A DNA stretch of 64,000 nucleotides from an uncultured Planctomycetota bacterium (lineage in GTDB: Bacteria > Planctomycetota > Planctomycetia > Isosphaerales > Isosphaeraceae): positions 2,368,001 through 2,432,000 of the forward strand of contig CAWGMQ010000010.1 in the NCBI GenBank assembly GCA_963823665.1. Direction: 5' to 3'. Positions within the stretch are counted from its first letter, which is position 1. Every line of letters starts with the position of its first letter. Under the pieces are notes generated by a model, which was not told the origin of the DNA, did no database searches, and worked only from the letters and a program-made list of their open reading frames with translations. Shown one piece after another: positions 24,405 through 33,345 of this stretch. The position numbers and the translations under genes were made by a program.

Positions 24405-25010
24405 TTGAGGTCGGATCAATCGTTGAATCGTAGCTATGGCGGAACTGTCCGAGAGACCACGGCCGAAGCGATTATCGCGATCAGCATGATCGCCATATCG
24501 GCGCTCGGACTTGCCGCCCACGCGTCGGCCGAAGAGCCGCGTGCCGCGGCCAGGGCACTGCACATGCCGCCACTCGCGCTCGAGGCGCGGCTCATGCCGA
24601 TCATCAACGCTCACAAAGGCAAGGTCGCTGTCGCGGTCAAACATCTCGGGACCGGCCATAGCTTCGCATATCACGAAACGGAGGTCATGCCGACCGCCAG
24701 CCTGATCAAGCTTTTCGTCATGATTGAATTGTATCGTCAGGCGGAAGCGAAGAAAGTCGACTTGTGCGCGATGCTCGTACTGAAGGAATCCGACAAGGTT
24801 CCCGGTTCCGGAATCCTGACCAGCCATTTCACGGCGGGCGCCCACTTCACAGTCCGTGACGCAGCCCGACTCATGATCGCCTTTTCAGACAATACCGCCA
24901 CCAACCTTGTCCTTGACGCTGTCGGCATCGGCTCGACCGCGGCCACGATGGATGCTCTCGGCTACCCGAATACCAAGATTCACTCGAAGGTTCTTCGCCG
25001 TGATACGTCT
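24405..25010 (+). pseudogene. Class A beta-lactamase-like serine hydrolase, 3'-truncated
   Basis: Signal peptide, SxxK (TASLIK) and SDN motifs present. Similarity stops after HSKVLRRDTS and no KTG motif follows in the 70 bp before the convergent thioesterase. Confidence 0.7.
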
Positions 25011-25079
25011 TCGACGAGCCAACGCAGCCCACGAACTCGAGCTCGAAGGCCCAGCGCACACAGCCGTGGGCCGAGGGTT

Positions 25080-25463
25080 TCATCTCAAGATTTCCGGCAG
25101 CGCCTGCGGTCTTCCTTCCCGGTCGACGCACGCGAGTGTCGAATGGCCCTCCGCCAGCAGCAGACCGTCGCGAAATACCTCGTAATGGTGCACGATCTTG
25201 ACGTGCGTCACCTTCGCAACTGTCGTCCGGATCGTCAGCAAATCGTCGTACTGCGCCGGCCGTTTGAACTTGCACCCGATATCGATGATCACGAGTAAAT
25301 GGCCGCTATCCTCGATCTCGCGATACGAGATCCCCCGCTGTCGCAACATCTCCGTCCGCCCCATCTCGAAATACACGAAGTAATTCGCGTGATGCAAGAG
25401 TCCCATGCGGTCCGTCTCGGCATAACGTACACGGACCGTCACGTCGTGGCTTTCGCTCGTCAT
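25080..25463 (-). CDS. Acyl-CoA thioesterase (YbgC/4HBT hot-dog family)
   Basis: VRVRYAETDRMGLLHHANYFVYFEMGRTE, FKRPAQYDD, GRP..LP. Confidence 0.92.
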   Translation of the reverse strand: MTSESHDVTVRVRYAETDRMGLLHHANYFVYFEMGRTEMLRQRGISYREIEDSGHLLVIIDIGCKFKRPAQYDDLLTIRTTVAKVTHVKIVHHYEVFRDGLLLAEGHSTLACVDREGRPQALPEILR

Positions 25464-25508
25464 CAGATCCCTCGTCATCCGACTGCTCTTGAGCCCACCT
25501 ACCCTCAC

Positions 25509-26258
25509 TTACTTGCGGAGCGGCCGATCGGGCGTGCTCTCCACGGCCCCGATCACTTCCGGCTCTGAACCAGGCCGCGTGATCACCACAAGCGGATACG
25601 GGTCATACGGCCATTGCTCGCGATTGGGCACGCCCGGCCTGAAACCCTCAGTCACCCAGCGGCGGAACGTGGTCGGGTTGTGCGCGAGCTTGCCTTCGCG
25701 CAGCCAGTTCTCATATTGATCGAGATGCTCGGCCATTAACTTGCCGTCATTCACTCGCACGAACAGATAGCCGAGCGAAAACTGCGCACGGGCGTCCTCA
25801 AGCGTGCCGCCGGGGCGAAGCAGCTCCGCGAACGCCGAGACCAACCCGCTGCGCTCCGATCCCCATGCGCAGTGGATCAAGATCGGATACTCCGCGGTAT
25901 CGAGTGCGTCGACGAGCGCTCGCAACTGCGCGCGTGACATCCAGACGCACGACGACATGGCGATGTCGACCTGCGTTGCCCCTGCCCGGTTCGTAGTTTT
26001 GACTTCATCACGATACCAGGCTTCGCGCCGGTTCGAGCCTCGGAGGTTGAGTACAGTCTTGATGTGATTCTGGTGAATCGTTCGCTCGAGCGCATGCCGC
26101 GGCATCTGGCCTGAGCGATAGATCCGACCCGGCTGAACCGTCCCGAAATTATATGTAGCTTGGTCCCACGCCACGTACACGAACGGAACGGTGACAACCG
26201 CGACGACGATTTTCATCGTCCACGAAATCTTGCGGCCAGGCCGTCTGATCGTTCCCAT
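25509..26258 (-). CDS. Membrane-anchored tyrosine/dual-specificity phosphatase-like protein
   Basis: N-terminal TM, NFGTV.PGRIYRSGQ, IKTVLNLRG, catalytic HCAWGSER (CX5R). Confidence 0.85.
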   Translation of the reverse strand: MGTIRRPGRKISWTMKIVVAVVTVPFVYVAWDQATYNFGTVQPGRIYRSGQMPRHALERTIHQNHIKTVLNLRGSNRREAWYRDEVKTTNRAGATQVDIAMSSCVWMSRAQLRALVDALDTAEYPILIHCAWGSERSGLVSAFAELLRPGGTLEDARAQFSLGYLFVRVNDGKLMAEHLDQYENWLREGKLAHNPTTFRRWVTEGFRPGVPNREQWPYDPYPLVVITRPGSEPEVIGAVESTPDRPLRK

Positions 26259-26266
26259 TGGCTACC

Positions 26267-26884
26267 TCACCGCTCGTTGACAGCTTCGGGGCGAGTGCAC
26301 CGTTGCGACCGCGCGAACGCCTCGATCAGCGCCTTGTCGCCCAGATCTGCCGCCGAACCAGGCCGAGCCCACGGTAGCGCCGCGACAAGAGCCCACGCCG
26401 ATTCAGCCGCCCAGCCGGAATGCCGGATCAAGTACGCTGCGTGCGCCAGACTCGTTCGATGATGCCCCGCGACACAATGGAAGAAAACCGGTTGCAACTC
26501 GGGATCGGCCAGCAGATCCGCCGCCTCGACCATCTGCTCCAGCGTCGCGCGCGATCCCCGCATCGGCACAATCAGCCATGCCGCACCCGTCTCGGCAACC
26601 ACCTTCGCCTGTTCGATATACTTGGGATCGTCGTGGTTGATCGCGGTGAGCGTCACAATCGTCTTTACCCCTTCGCGCTCGATGATCGACCGCAGCGCCT
26701 CTGGCGTCTGCCATGCCCCCCGGATGATTCGCCCAGGCTCCACCACGCGCACCCGCTTCTCGCCCTTGCCGATCGCGCGGATCGCGAGAGCGGTGGACCC
26801 AGCCGCCATCATCACCGCCAGGGTCGCCATCACTATTACCAGCCGCCGTTTCACGCACTCGGCTCCCATCGCGACGACAAGCAT
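26267..26884 (-). CDS. Second tyrosine/dual-specificity phosphatase-like protein
   Basis: Signal/TM, VEPGRIIRGA, VKTIVTL, PVFFHCVAGHHR (CX5R). Confidence 0.85.
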   Translation of the reverse strand: MLVVAMGAECVKRRLVIVMATLAVMMAAGSTALAIRAIGKGEKRVRVVEPGRIIRGAWQTPEALRSIIEREGVKTIVTLTAINHDDPKYIEQAKVVAETGAAWLIVPMRGSRATLEQMVEAADLLADPELQPVFFHCVAGHHRTSLAHAAYLIRHSGWAAESAWALVAALPWARPGSAADLGDKALIEAFARSQRCTRPEAVNER

Positions 26885-26961
26885 TCGCCTACCATGCTCT
26901 TGCGGCGAATTCTAGTCGTATGCCGGCTCATGGCAATCCCAACTGCCACGCTTCCCTCCCA

Positions 26962-27654
26962 TCAGGCGCAACCATTCGTCGAACCGGGCATCCCAAGAGT
27001 CTCGACATACCGCATGAACTTCTGCGTGTCGCGCAGCGGCGGCCCGTGCCCGAAGCAAACGAGCCGCGGCTCCAGCGCCAGGAAGCGCCGGGCCGACCGA
27101 CGGTTCTCGATAGGATCGAGCGTGAAGATCGCCTCCGGCTCGCGGAGCATCACTCTGCCGTTCCAGATGTTCACGTTGCACAACACGTCGCCCGTGATGA
27201 GGGTGCGATCCTCCTCACGCCAGAACGAGACATGACCCGCAGTATGACCGGGCGTCTCGATCACCGTGAATGTGCCGATCTCGTCCCCTTCTCGCAGCCT
27301 CCGCGACACCGGGTGCGGCGGTCCCGTCCACAGCCGCCCGACTGTGCCGGAAAGCCAGTGCTTCGGCATCCGCGCCATGATCTCACCCCGCGTCTCCATC
27401 GCGTAAGCATCCGCTTCTCCACACCAGAGCGGTATCCCGAGCGCCTCGCACACCGCGTGGCTCGAGCCCTGGTGGTCCGGATGTGCATGCGAAAGAGCGT
27501 GCGCAGTCACACCGCGACTGCGTGCACGCCGCACGATCCGCCACGCATCGAATCGCGTCGCGGCGTCGATGAGCACCTTTCCGGCGATATACGCATTGAT
27601 CGCGTAGGGCGGAAACCCCTCCAGAACGAACAAGTCGTCGGTCAGTTGTTTCAT
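26962..27654 (-). CDS. Metallo-beta-lactamase fold hydrolase
   Basis: HAHPDHQG (HxHxDH), TPGHTAGH, GD, FGHG. Confidence 0.9.
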   Translation of the reverse strand: MKQLTDDLFVLEGFPPYAINAYIAGKVLIDAATRFDAWRIVRRARSRGVTAHALSHAHPDHQGSSHAVCEALGIPLWCGEADAYAMETRGEIMARMPKHWLSGTVGRLWTGPPHPVSRRLREGDEIGTFTVIETPGHTAGHVSFWREEDRTLITGDVLCNVNIWNGRVMLREPEAIFTLDPIENRRSARRFLALEPRLVCFGHGPPLRDTQKFMRYVETLGMPGSTNGCA

Positions 27655-27796
27655 ACGAGTTCTCGTTGCCAGACGCGTGCACGCTGGCTTGAACACGCCA
27701 CGCGATCTTGACCAAGATCACCACGTTCGCCAGAATCCCACTCCAAGGAACAAAGCCTACACGTGCGACGGAACGCCTCGAGGGGACCGGAAGCCC

Positions 27797-29194
27797 ATGG
27801 ACAGAGCAACCCAGATCACGACCGGTGCGCTCGTCGGTCTGGCGATCATCTCCCGGATCGCCGCAGTTTGGATCTTGCAAAGCCACCACGTTCCACGAAG
27901 CACGTACGAGCACGGCGAAATCGCCGCAAACTTGCTCGCGGGCAGAGGGTTCACAACACAGTTCCTGGGCGCAGTTGGTCCCACCTCGCAGCAGGCGCCA
28001 GTCTATCCCGCACTCGTCGCTCTGGCATACGCCGCCGGAGGAGTCGAATCTCCTCGAGCATTGCTCCTCCTGCACTTGGGCCAAGCGATTCTGGGTGGTC
28101 TGCTCGTGCTCGGCGTGATGGACCTCGCCCGGTCAATCGCGCCTGGCCGGCCGTTGATCGCATTCTCCGCAGGGCTAGTCGCCGCGCTCCATCCAACCCT
28201 CGTCTACGCCGCCACTCACGTCCAGGTCGCACTGCTTGGCACCACGTTATTGATCTGGGCGCTCGCCGCCGCTTATCGAACCGGCATCGTCCAGAGCGTT
28301 CGCGCCGCCGTTCTCACCGGTCTGATCCTCGCCTTCCTGGCGCTGACCGACCCGATTCTAGCACTCGTCTTCCCGGGCGTCGCGTGGGCCGTCTACGCAC
28401 CGTGGGCCGGGCACGTCGTGCGCCGTCGGTCACTCGCGTTGGTGGCCGTCATCGCCATCACCGCGTCGGCCGCAGTCGCCCCCTGGCTGCTGCGAAACGC
28501 TCGCGTGCATGGCGAGTTTGTCGCGATCAAAAGCACGTTCGGTTACGCGTTCTGGCAAGGGAACTGTCTGCTCAGCGAAGGGACCGACAAGGTCGTCAGA
28601 CAATCGGTCGAAGAGACCCTCGATCGCAACCAGAGCACGCCAGGCTTCGAAGGGCTCAATCGCAAACTGTGGGAAGCGCGCCATCAGGCCGGCTACATCG
28701 ACGACATCGCCCTCTCCAAGCAGGACTATCTCCTCCTCGGCCGGGCCAGCGAGCCGGAGCGATCGCGCATCTTGTTTCGCCGCGCACTCGCCGAGCTCGA
28801 ATCCTCCCCCGGCCGCTACCTCCGGCTCTGCCTGAGGCGGCTGCGATATTTTCTCCTTTTCGACGAAACAAACCCCAAATCGAGGGTGACGGCCTACCGC
28901 ATTCCACACCTCGCTCTCTCGCTATTCGGCACGCTGGGATTGTTCCTGGCAGGATCCTCACTCCGGATGCGTTTGATGCCGACCATCGCAACCGCCGCCC
29001 TCATCGCCCTCTTCCACACCCTCACCATCGTCTCTGCCCGATTTCACATCCCGATTGAGCCCTTACTCGGCCTCTGGGCGCAGCCGGGCTCGCGCACGTC
29101 ATGGAAGGGTCGAGAAACTACCGCTCACTGCCTCGCACGCTCAACCTCTTCGAGCGAAGCCCGACGCGCCCGCATCGGAACCCGCGGACGGTGA
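27797..29194 (+). CDS. GT-C fold membrane glycosyltransferase (ArnT/PMT, GT39/GT83-like); 3' end uncertain
   Basis: Polytopic; YEH.EIA.NL..G.GF, P.YP.L.A, PW..RN..VHG.FV, terminal RFHIPIEP. Confidence 0.75.
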   Translation: MDRATQITTGALVGLAIISRIAAVWILQSHHVPRSTYEHGEIAANLLAGRGFTTQFLGAVGPTSQQAPVYPALVALAYAAGGVESPRALLLLHLGQAILGGLLVLGVMDLARSIAPGRPLIAFSAGLVAALHPTLVYAATHVQVALLGTTLLIWALAAAYRTGIVQSVRAAVLTGLILAFLALTDPILALVFPGVAWAVYAPWAGHVVRRRSLALVAVIAITASAAVAPWLLRNARVHGEFVAIKSTFGYAFWQGNCLLSEGTDKVVRQSVEETLDRNQSTPGFEGLNRKLWEARHQAGYIDDIALSKQDYLLLGRASEPERSRILFRRALAELESSPGRYLRLCLRRLRYFLLFDETNPKSRVTAYRIPHLALSLFGTLGLFLAGSSLRMRLMPTIATAALIALFHTLTIVSARFHIPIEPLLGLWAQPGSRTSWKGRETTAHCLARSTSSSEARRARIGTRGR

Positions 29195-29430
29195 AGAATG
29201 AAGCGCCCCGGTCCCGAACCGGAATCGCTGAGACCGCCGTCGCTCCCTCATCTAAGTCGTGAAGAAACAACAGCTTGGGCAATTCTGGATCACTCAACGC
29301 GGCTGCGAACAAAGGGAGCCGGTTGCACGAGCGCAAAACGGCGCGGAACCCCGGCGAGCGAGGAACCAGGACTTTGCCGCCCCCAGAACCACAGATTTGC
29401 GTCACATCCTTACCACCATTGGATTTAAGT

Positions 29431-29585
29431 GTGACGATGGAATAATCGGAACCCGGCGGTGTATCGCCGTAAACAACTGTTCGGCTGGTATTTAGGGCGT
29501 GACGATGGAATATTCGGAACCCTCGGATTTCAGATATAAAATATTGCAGTGACTAAAGTTATGGCGTGACGATGGAGTATCCGGA
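29431..29585 (+). repeat. Three direct repeats GTGACGATGGA(A/G)TA(A/T)(T/C)CGGA with 67-68 bp period
   Basis: Copies start at 29431, 29499 and 29566; copies 1 and 2 extend to ...CGGAACCC; AT-rich intervening sequences. Confidence 0.85.
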
Positions 29586-29644
29586 CATTTTCCCCGCGCT
29601 CCGCGTTTTTGGATCACAATCGCGCATTGTACGACCGCAAATCG

Positions 29645-30106
29645 TCACCCACGGTTCGATACCACGTCAAACGCGTCCGGATCAAACACCGGCTTGCCGT
29701 TCCTGGCCACGTGGAGCGACGATTCCGTGTCTTTCCGCACACGAGTGTGCATGTGAGCGAGAAATAGACTGGAGATCATCGCGATGGCGCCGATCATGAG
29801 CGCGCATCCCCACACGATGCCCATCACCGCAACCTCTTCGCCCTCGGGCGACGGAAAAGAGAGTGTGGTCACAACGGCCGCGATCACCGCGGTGATCGGC
29901 ACCCCTGCTCCCACGGCCGCGATGCTCGCGCCAAGCTGTGCAGAAGGCGCCGGCACGCCCAGCTCGATGGCTTGCATCCGCTCCTTGTGTTGCCATTCCT
30001 TCTGAAGCGTCCGGTGCTTGAGAATCATGATTATCGGCACCAGCACGATGGGCAGCATAATGCCCAGGATCGGAATCCACAGAGCGTTGATCTCATGCAT
30101 CGTCAT
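29645..30106 (-). CDS. Small membrane protein (DUF6249-like)
   Basis: TM followed by HKERMQAIELG, two further TMs, C-terminal DPDAFDVVSNRG. Confidence 0.7.
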   Translation of the reverse strand: MTMHEINALWIPILGIMLPIVLVPIIMILKHRTLQKEWQHKERMQAIELGVPAPSAQLGASIAAVGAGVPITAVIAAVVTTLSFPSPEGEEVAVMGIVWGCALMIGAIAMISSLFLAHMHTRVRKDTESSLHVARNGKPVFDPDAFDVVSNRG

Positions 30107-30175
30107 TGCCACCGTTGTTGATGAGTATGTTGCCTGTGTTCCTGCCACGCCAGGCTCGAACAGCTCGGCCGGGAG

Positions 30176-30646
30176 TTACCCTCTCGAACTGACCACATCG
30201 TACGCGTCGTCTTCCACGTGTGGCTTCGAATTGCGATAGGACGCGAAGCCCTCGCTCTCATCGCTCGACGCAAACTTCTGGAAGGCCCCGCCAGCGAGCA
30301 CCGTGCCGCAAATCACACTGCCAAGCCCGACCATCCCGGCCGCGATCCAGATATCCTTGTGGAATCCAACGACCAGATTTGCCAGGAACGCACAGAGGAA
30401 CACGCCCAGCGGAACAACTGCACCGATCAAGACCGCGATGATGTGCGGCACAACCCATTGAGGAATCCCCGAAAACCAGAATTTGTTGTCCCCGGGATAA
30501 GGTCGACCCACTTCGATTGCCCGCATGCGTTCGATATGCTCCAGCTCGCGTTTCCGCCGCTCGCCGCGGAAATGCAGAAAGAACGGCATCATAACAGCCG
30601 CAGACAGAAACAACGCAAAAAGAGCGGCGACCTCACCAGCTTCCAT
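30176..30646 (-). CDS. Small membrane protein (DUF6249-like), paralogue of the downstream gene
   Basis: TM followed by HIERMRAIEVG, two TMs, C-terminal EDDAYDVVSSRG. Confidence 0.7.
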   Translation of the reverse strand: MEAGEVAALFALFLSAAVMMPFFLHFRGERRKRELEHIERMRAIEVGRPYPGDNKFWFSGIPQWVVPHIIAVLIGAVVPLGVFLCAFLANLVVGFHKDIWIAAGMVGLGSVICGTVLAGGAFQKFASSDESEGFASYRNSKPHVEDDAYDVVSSRG

Positions 30647-30767
30647 CGAACGCCTTCCTTTCTAGAGCCGGGCCACTCCCTCGCCCGCAGCCGACGCATC
30701 GTGGTAAGTTGTCGGCTCATCTTGGGCGAATCGGGATCGAGATCTTTCTCTTCAGGAGCAGACCCTG

Positions 30768-32267
30768 ATGACGCGCGACCATCTGTTGGTTATCGACCAG
30801 GGAACAACAAGCACCCGGGCGGTCGTATACGACAAAACGCTCAGACCGGTGGGACAGAGTCAACTGGAAGTCCTACCAACCTATCCTCGGTCCGGCTGGG
30901 TCGAGCACAATCCCGAAGCGATTCTCGAATCCGTCAGATCTCAGGTCCCCTCCGCGCTTGCCGCCGCCGGGTTGGCCCCCGACCGGCTCGCCGCCATCGG
31001 TCTGACCAACCAGCGCGAAACAACCATCATCTGGGAGCGGAGCACCGGTAAATCGATCGCGCCGGCCCTCGTCTGGCAAGACCGCCGCACGGCGGATGCC
31101 TGCGCGGCCCTCAAAAACCGTCAGGCCGAGATCAGCCAAAAAACAGGCCTGGTGATCGACCCCTATTTCTCCGCAACCAAAATGGCCTGGATCCTCGATC
31201 ACGTCCCGGGGGCTCGCCCCCGTGCCATGTCCGGTGATCTGGCAGCCGGAACCGTCGACACGTTCCTGATCTGGTACCTCACCAAGGGCGTTCGATTCGT
31301 GACGGACGCGACCAACGCTTCGCGCACCCTGCTCATGGACCTCAGGCACCTGCGCTGGGCAGACGACCTCTGCACACTATTCGGGGTTCCTCCGCAAATA
31401 TTGCCCGAGATACTCCCAAGCTCCGGCGAATTCGGCAAGACCTGGGGCCTTGATTTTCTCCCCGATGGAATCCCGATCATGGGCGTCGCCGGCGACCAGC
31501 AGGCGAGTTTGATCGGCCAGGGTTGCGTCGGTCCCGGACAGGCCAAGTGCACCTTCGGCACAGGTGCCTTCCTGCTGGCCCACACCGGCGGACGCGTCGT
31601 CCCCTCACGCCGGGGACTGATCACCACGCTGGCCGCCACCTTCGACCAATCTGCCCCCCAGTACGCGCTCGAGGGAAGCGTTTTTGTCGCCGGCGCCGCA
31701 GTCCAGTGGTTCCGTGATGGCCTCAAAGCCATCGGCGCCTCCCCAGACATCAACCCGCTAGCCCTCGAGTCAGACCCGGACAACGAGCTCGTCTTCGTCC
31801 CCGCCCTCACAGGCCTGGGCGCTCCACACTGGGAGCCGGCTGCCCGCGGTGCCATCTTTGGGCTCACCCGCGCCACCGGCGTCGCCGACCTCGCCCGCGC
31901 CACGCTCGAAGGCGTCGCTTTCCAGGTCGCCGATCTGATCGATGCCATGACCGAAGATCTGGGTTCTCCCCTCTCGGATATCCGCGTGGACGGCGGCATG
32001 TCACGCTCCGACCCGTTCCTTCACTTCCAGGCCGACCTGCTCAACCTCCCGGTCCACCGCAGCCCCCAGACCGAGTCGACCGCCCTGGGCGCCGCCCTGC
32101 TCGCGGGGCTTGGCGCAGGCTTGTGGAAGAGCCCGAGCGACGCGATCGCACTCCTCCAGGCCGGCGATCAAACCTTCCACCCCCGCCGCGACCAGGCCTG
32201 GCGAGACCATGCGCAAAAACGGTGGCGAAAGGCAGTCCAGAGCACACTGAACTACGCGCACCAGTGA
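30768..32267 (+). CDS. glpK: Glycerol kinase
   Basis: IDQGTTSTRA, GWVEHNP, TNQRETT, WQDRRT, DPYFSATK, TDATNASRT, GDQQA, YALEGS, VDGG; intact 499 aa ORF. Confidence 0.96.
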   Translation: MTRDHLLVIDQGTTSTRAVVYDKTLRPVGQSQLEVLPTYPRSGWVEHNPEAILESVRSQVPSALAAAGLAPDRLAAIGLTNQRETTIIWERSTGKSIAPALVWQDRRTADACAALKNRQAEISQKTGLVIDPYFSATKMAWILDHVPGARPRAMSGDLAAGTVDTFLIWYLTKGVRFVTDATNASRTLLMDLRHLRWADDLCTLFGVPPQILPEILPSSGEFGKTWGLDFLPDGIPIMGVAGDQQASLIGQGCVGPGQAKCTFGTGAFLLAHTGGRVVPSRRGLITTLAATFDQSAPQYALEGSVFVAGAAVQWFRDGLKAIGASPDINPLALESDPDNELVFVPALTGLGAPHWEPAARGAIFGLTRATGVADLARATLEGVAFQVADLIDAMTEDLGSPLSDIRVDGGMSRSDPFLHFQADLLNLPVHRSPQTESTALGAALLAGLGAGLWKSPSDAIALLQAGDQTFHPRRDQAWRDHAQKRWRKAVQSTLNYAHQ

Positions 32268-32274
32268 AACTCAC

Positions 32275-33339
32275 TCAAGGGTGAGAAGGTGGCGCCGGCT
32301 CAAACTTCCCGGCGCGTTCGTAGTATTTCTTCGGCGTCTTGCTGTCCAAATACGCTCGCACTGCCTCAAAGTACGAGTGGGCCGTTGTGACATCGTGACA
32401 ATAGAGGCGGATCATCGCCCGGACACACGCGGTATGTTCGCTAATGCCATCCGCCAGACGTCGTATATCATCTTGTGCGTACTTCACTCGCTCCGGATCC
32501 TGCGATTTGATGTCATTGAGAGATTTTTCAAGTTCTCGCAACTTTTCAGCCTGGCCCCACAGTAGCTCCTCGCGCTCGTTTAGACCAAAGAAAGCAATGA
32601 TCACGCGTGCTCGCTTGTTGCGGTGCGCATCTCTCCTGTCCTTTGCTGTGAGCAGCGGGTCGAGCGCCGGTGGAAGCGCTGCCAGCCCCCGATACCGAAT
32701 AACCTCTTCGGGGTCGTCATCGATCGTGCCCAACGGGTAAATCAAATAGGGCTTCTCCGCCCGCGTTAAGCCCCGTGAAGGAACATCCGCCGGATTGCAT
32801 CGCGGCCCCGCGACGGGAAAATAGTTGCTCTTGAACCCCGTGTTGCACTTCTTGCAGGCCGTGCAGTAATTCAGCAAGTGGAACGCGAGCCAGTAATAGC
32901 CCGAGTCGAATGCCTCGCCGGTTTCGAAATCGATTTCCGCGGGCGATGGCCAGGCCTTCACGGGATTCTTTGTCCGGAAGTGTTCCAGATCATGCTCCGC
33001 TGCGCCACCATCGCCCAGTGCCGCGAGTTTCCGCTCACAGTAGGCACACTTCTCGTTTTGTATTGCCATGAATAGGTGCTTGACCGATGCCCAATCCACG
33101 GCGATCGGTTTGGGAACAGGTGCCCTCTCCGCAGCCTTTATCTTTCGCCACTTCTCCAGGTCGATGTACGCCTTGGCCGCGAGGAGTTGCGCGGTCCGCT
33201 CATCAGCTTTCGTCAGCCAGTTTTTGAGCCCTTGGCGGATCCTGGCGTCGACGTGTCCGGTGGCATCAGCCTCCACGGCAGCGCGTAACGACTCGATCGT
33301 GATCGCAGAACCGTCGGGCAGCGTCGCATAACGGATCAT
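32275..33339 (-). CDS. HNH endonuclease, PtuB/Septu-like but long (354 aa)
   Basis: KCAYCE...EHFRTK...GYYWLAF...NY..ACKKCN...KSNYFP motif set; lies 6 bp downstream of an ABC-type ATPase gene. Confidence 0.8.
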   Translation of the reverse strand: MIRYATLPDGSAITIESLRAAVEADATGHVDARIRQGLKNWLTKADERTAQLLAAKAYIDLEKWRKIKAAERAPVPKPIAVDWASVKHLFMAIQNEKCAYCERKLAALGDGGAAEHDLEHFRTKNPVKAWPSPAEIDFETGEAFDSGYYWLAFHLLNYCTACKKCNTGFKSNYFPVAGPRCNPADVPSRGLTRAEKPYLIYPLGTIDDDPEEVIRYRGLAALPPALDPLLTAKDRRDAHRNKRARVIIAFFGLNEREELLWGQAEKLRELEKSLNDIKSQDPERVKYAQDDIRRLADGISEHTACVRAMIRLYCHDVTTAHSYFEAVRAYLDSKTPKKYYERAGKFEPAPPSHP

Positions 33340-33345
33340 CTGTCT

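Noticed and set aside
29431..29585. CRISPR array
   Set aside because: Only three short degenerate repeats, spacers share a structural motif, and there is no cas gene in the window. Kept as an unexplained repeat array.
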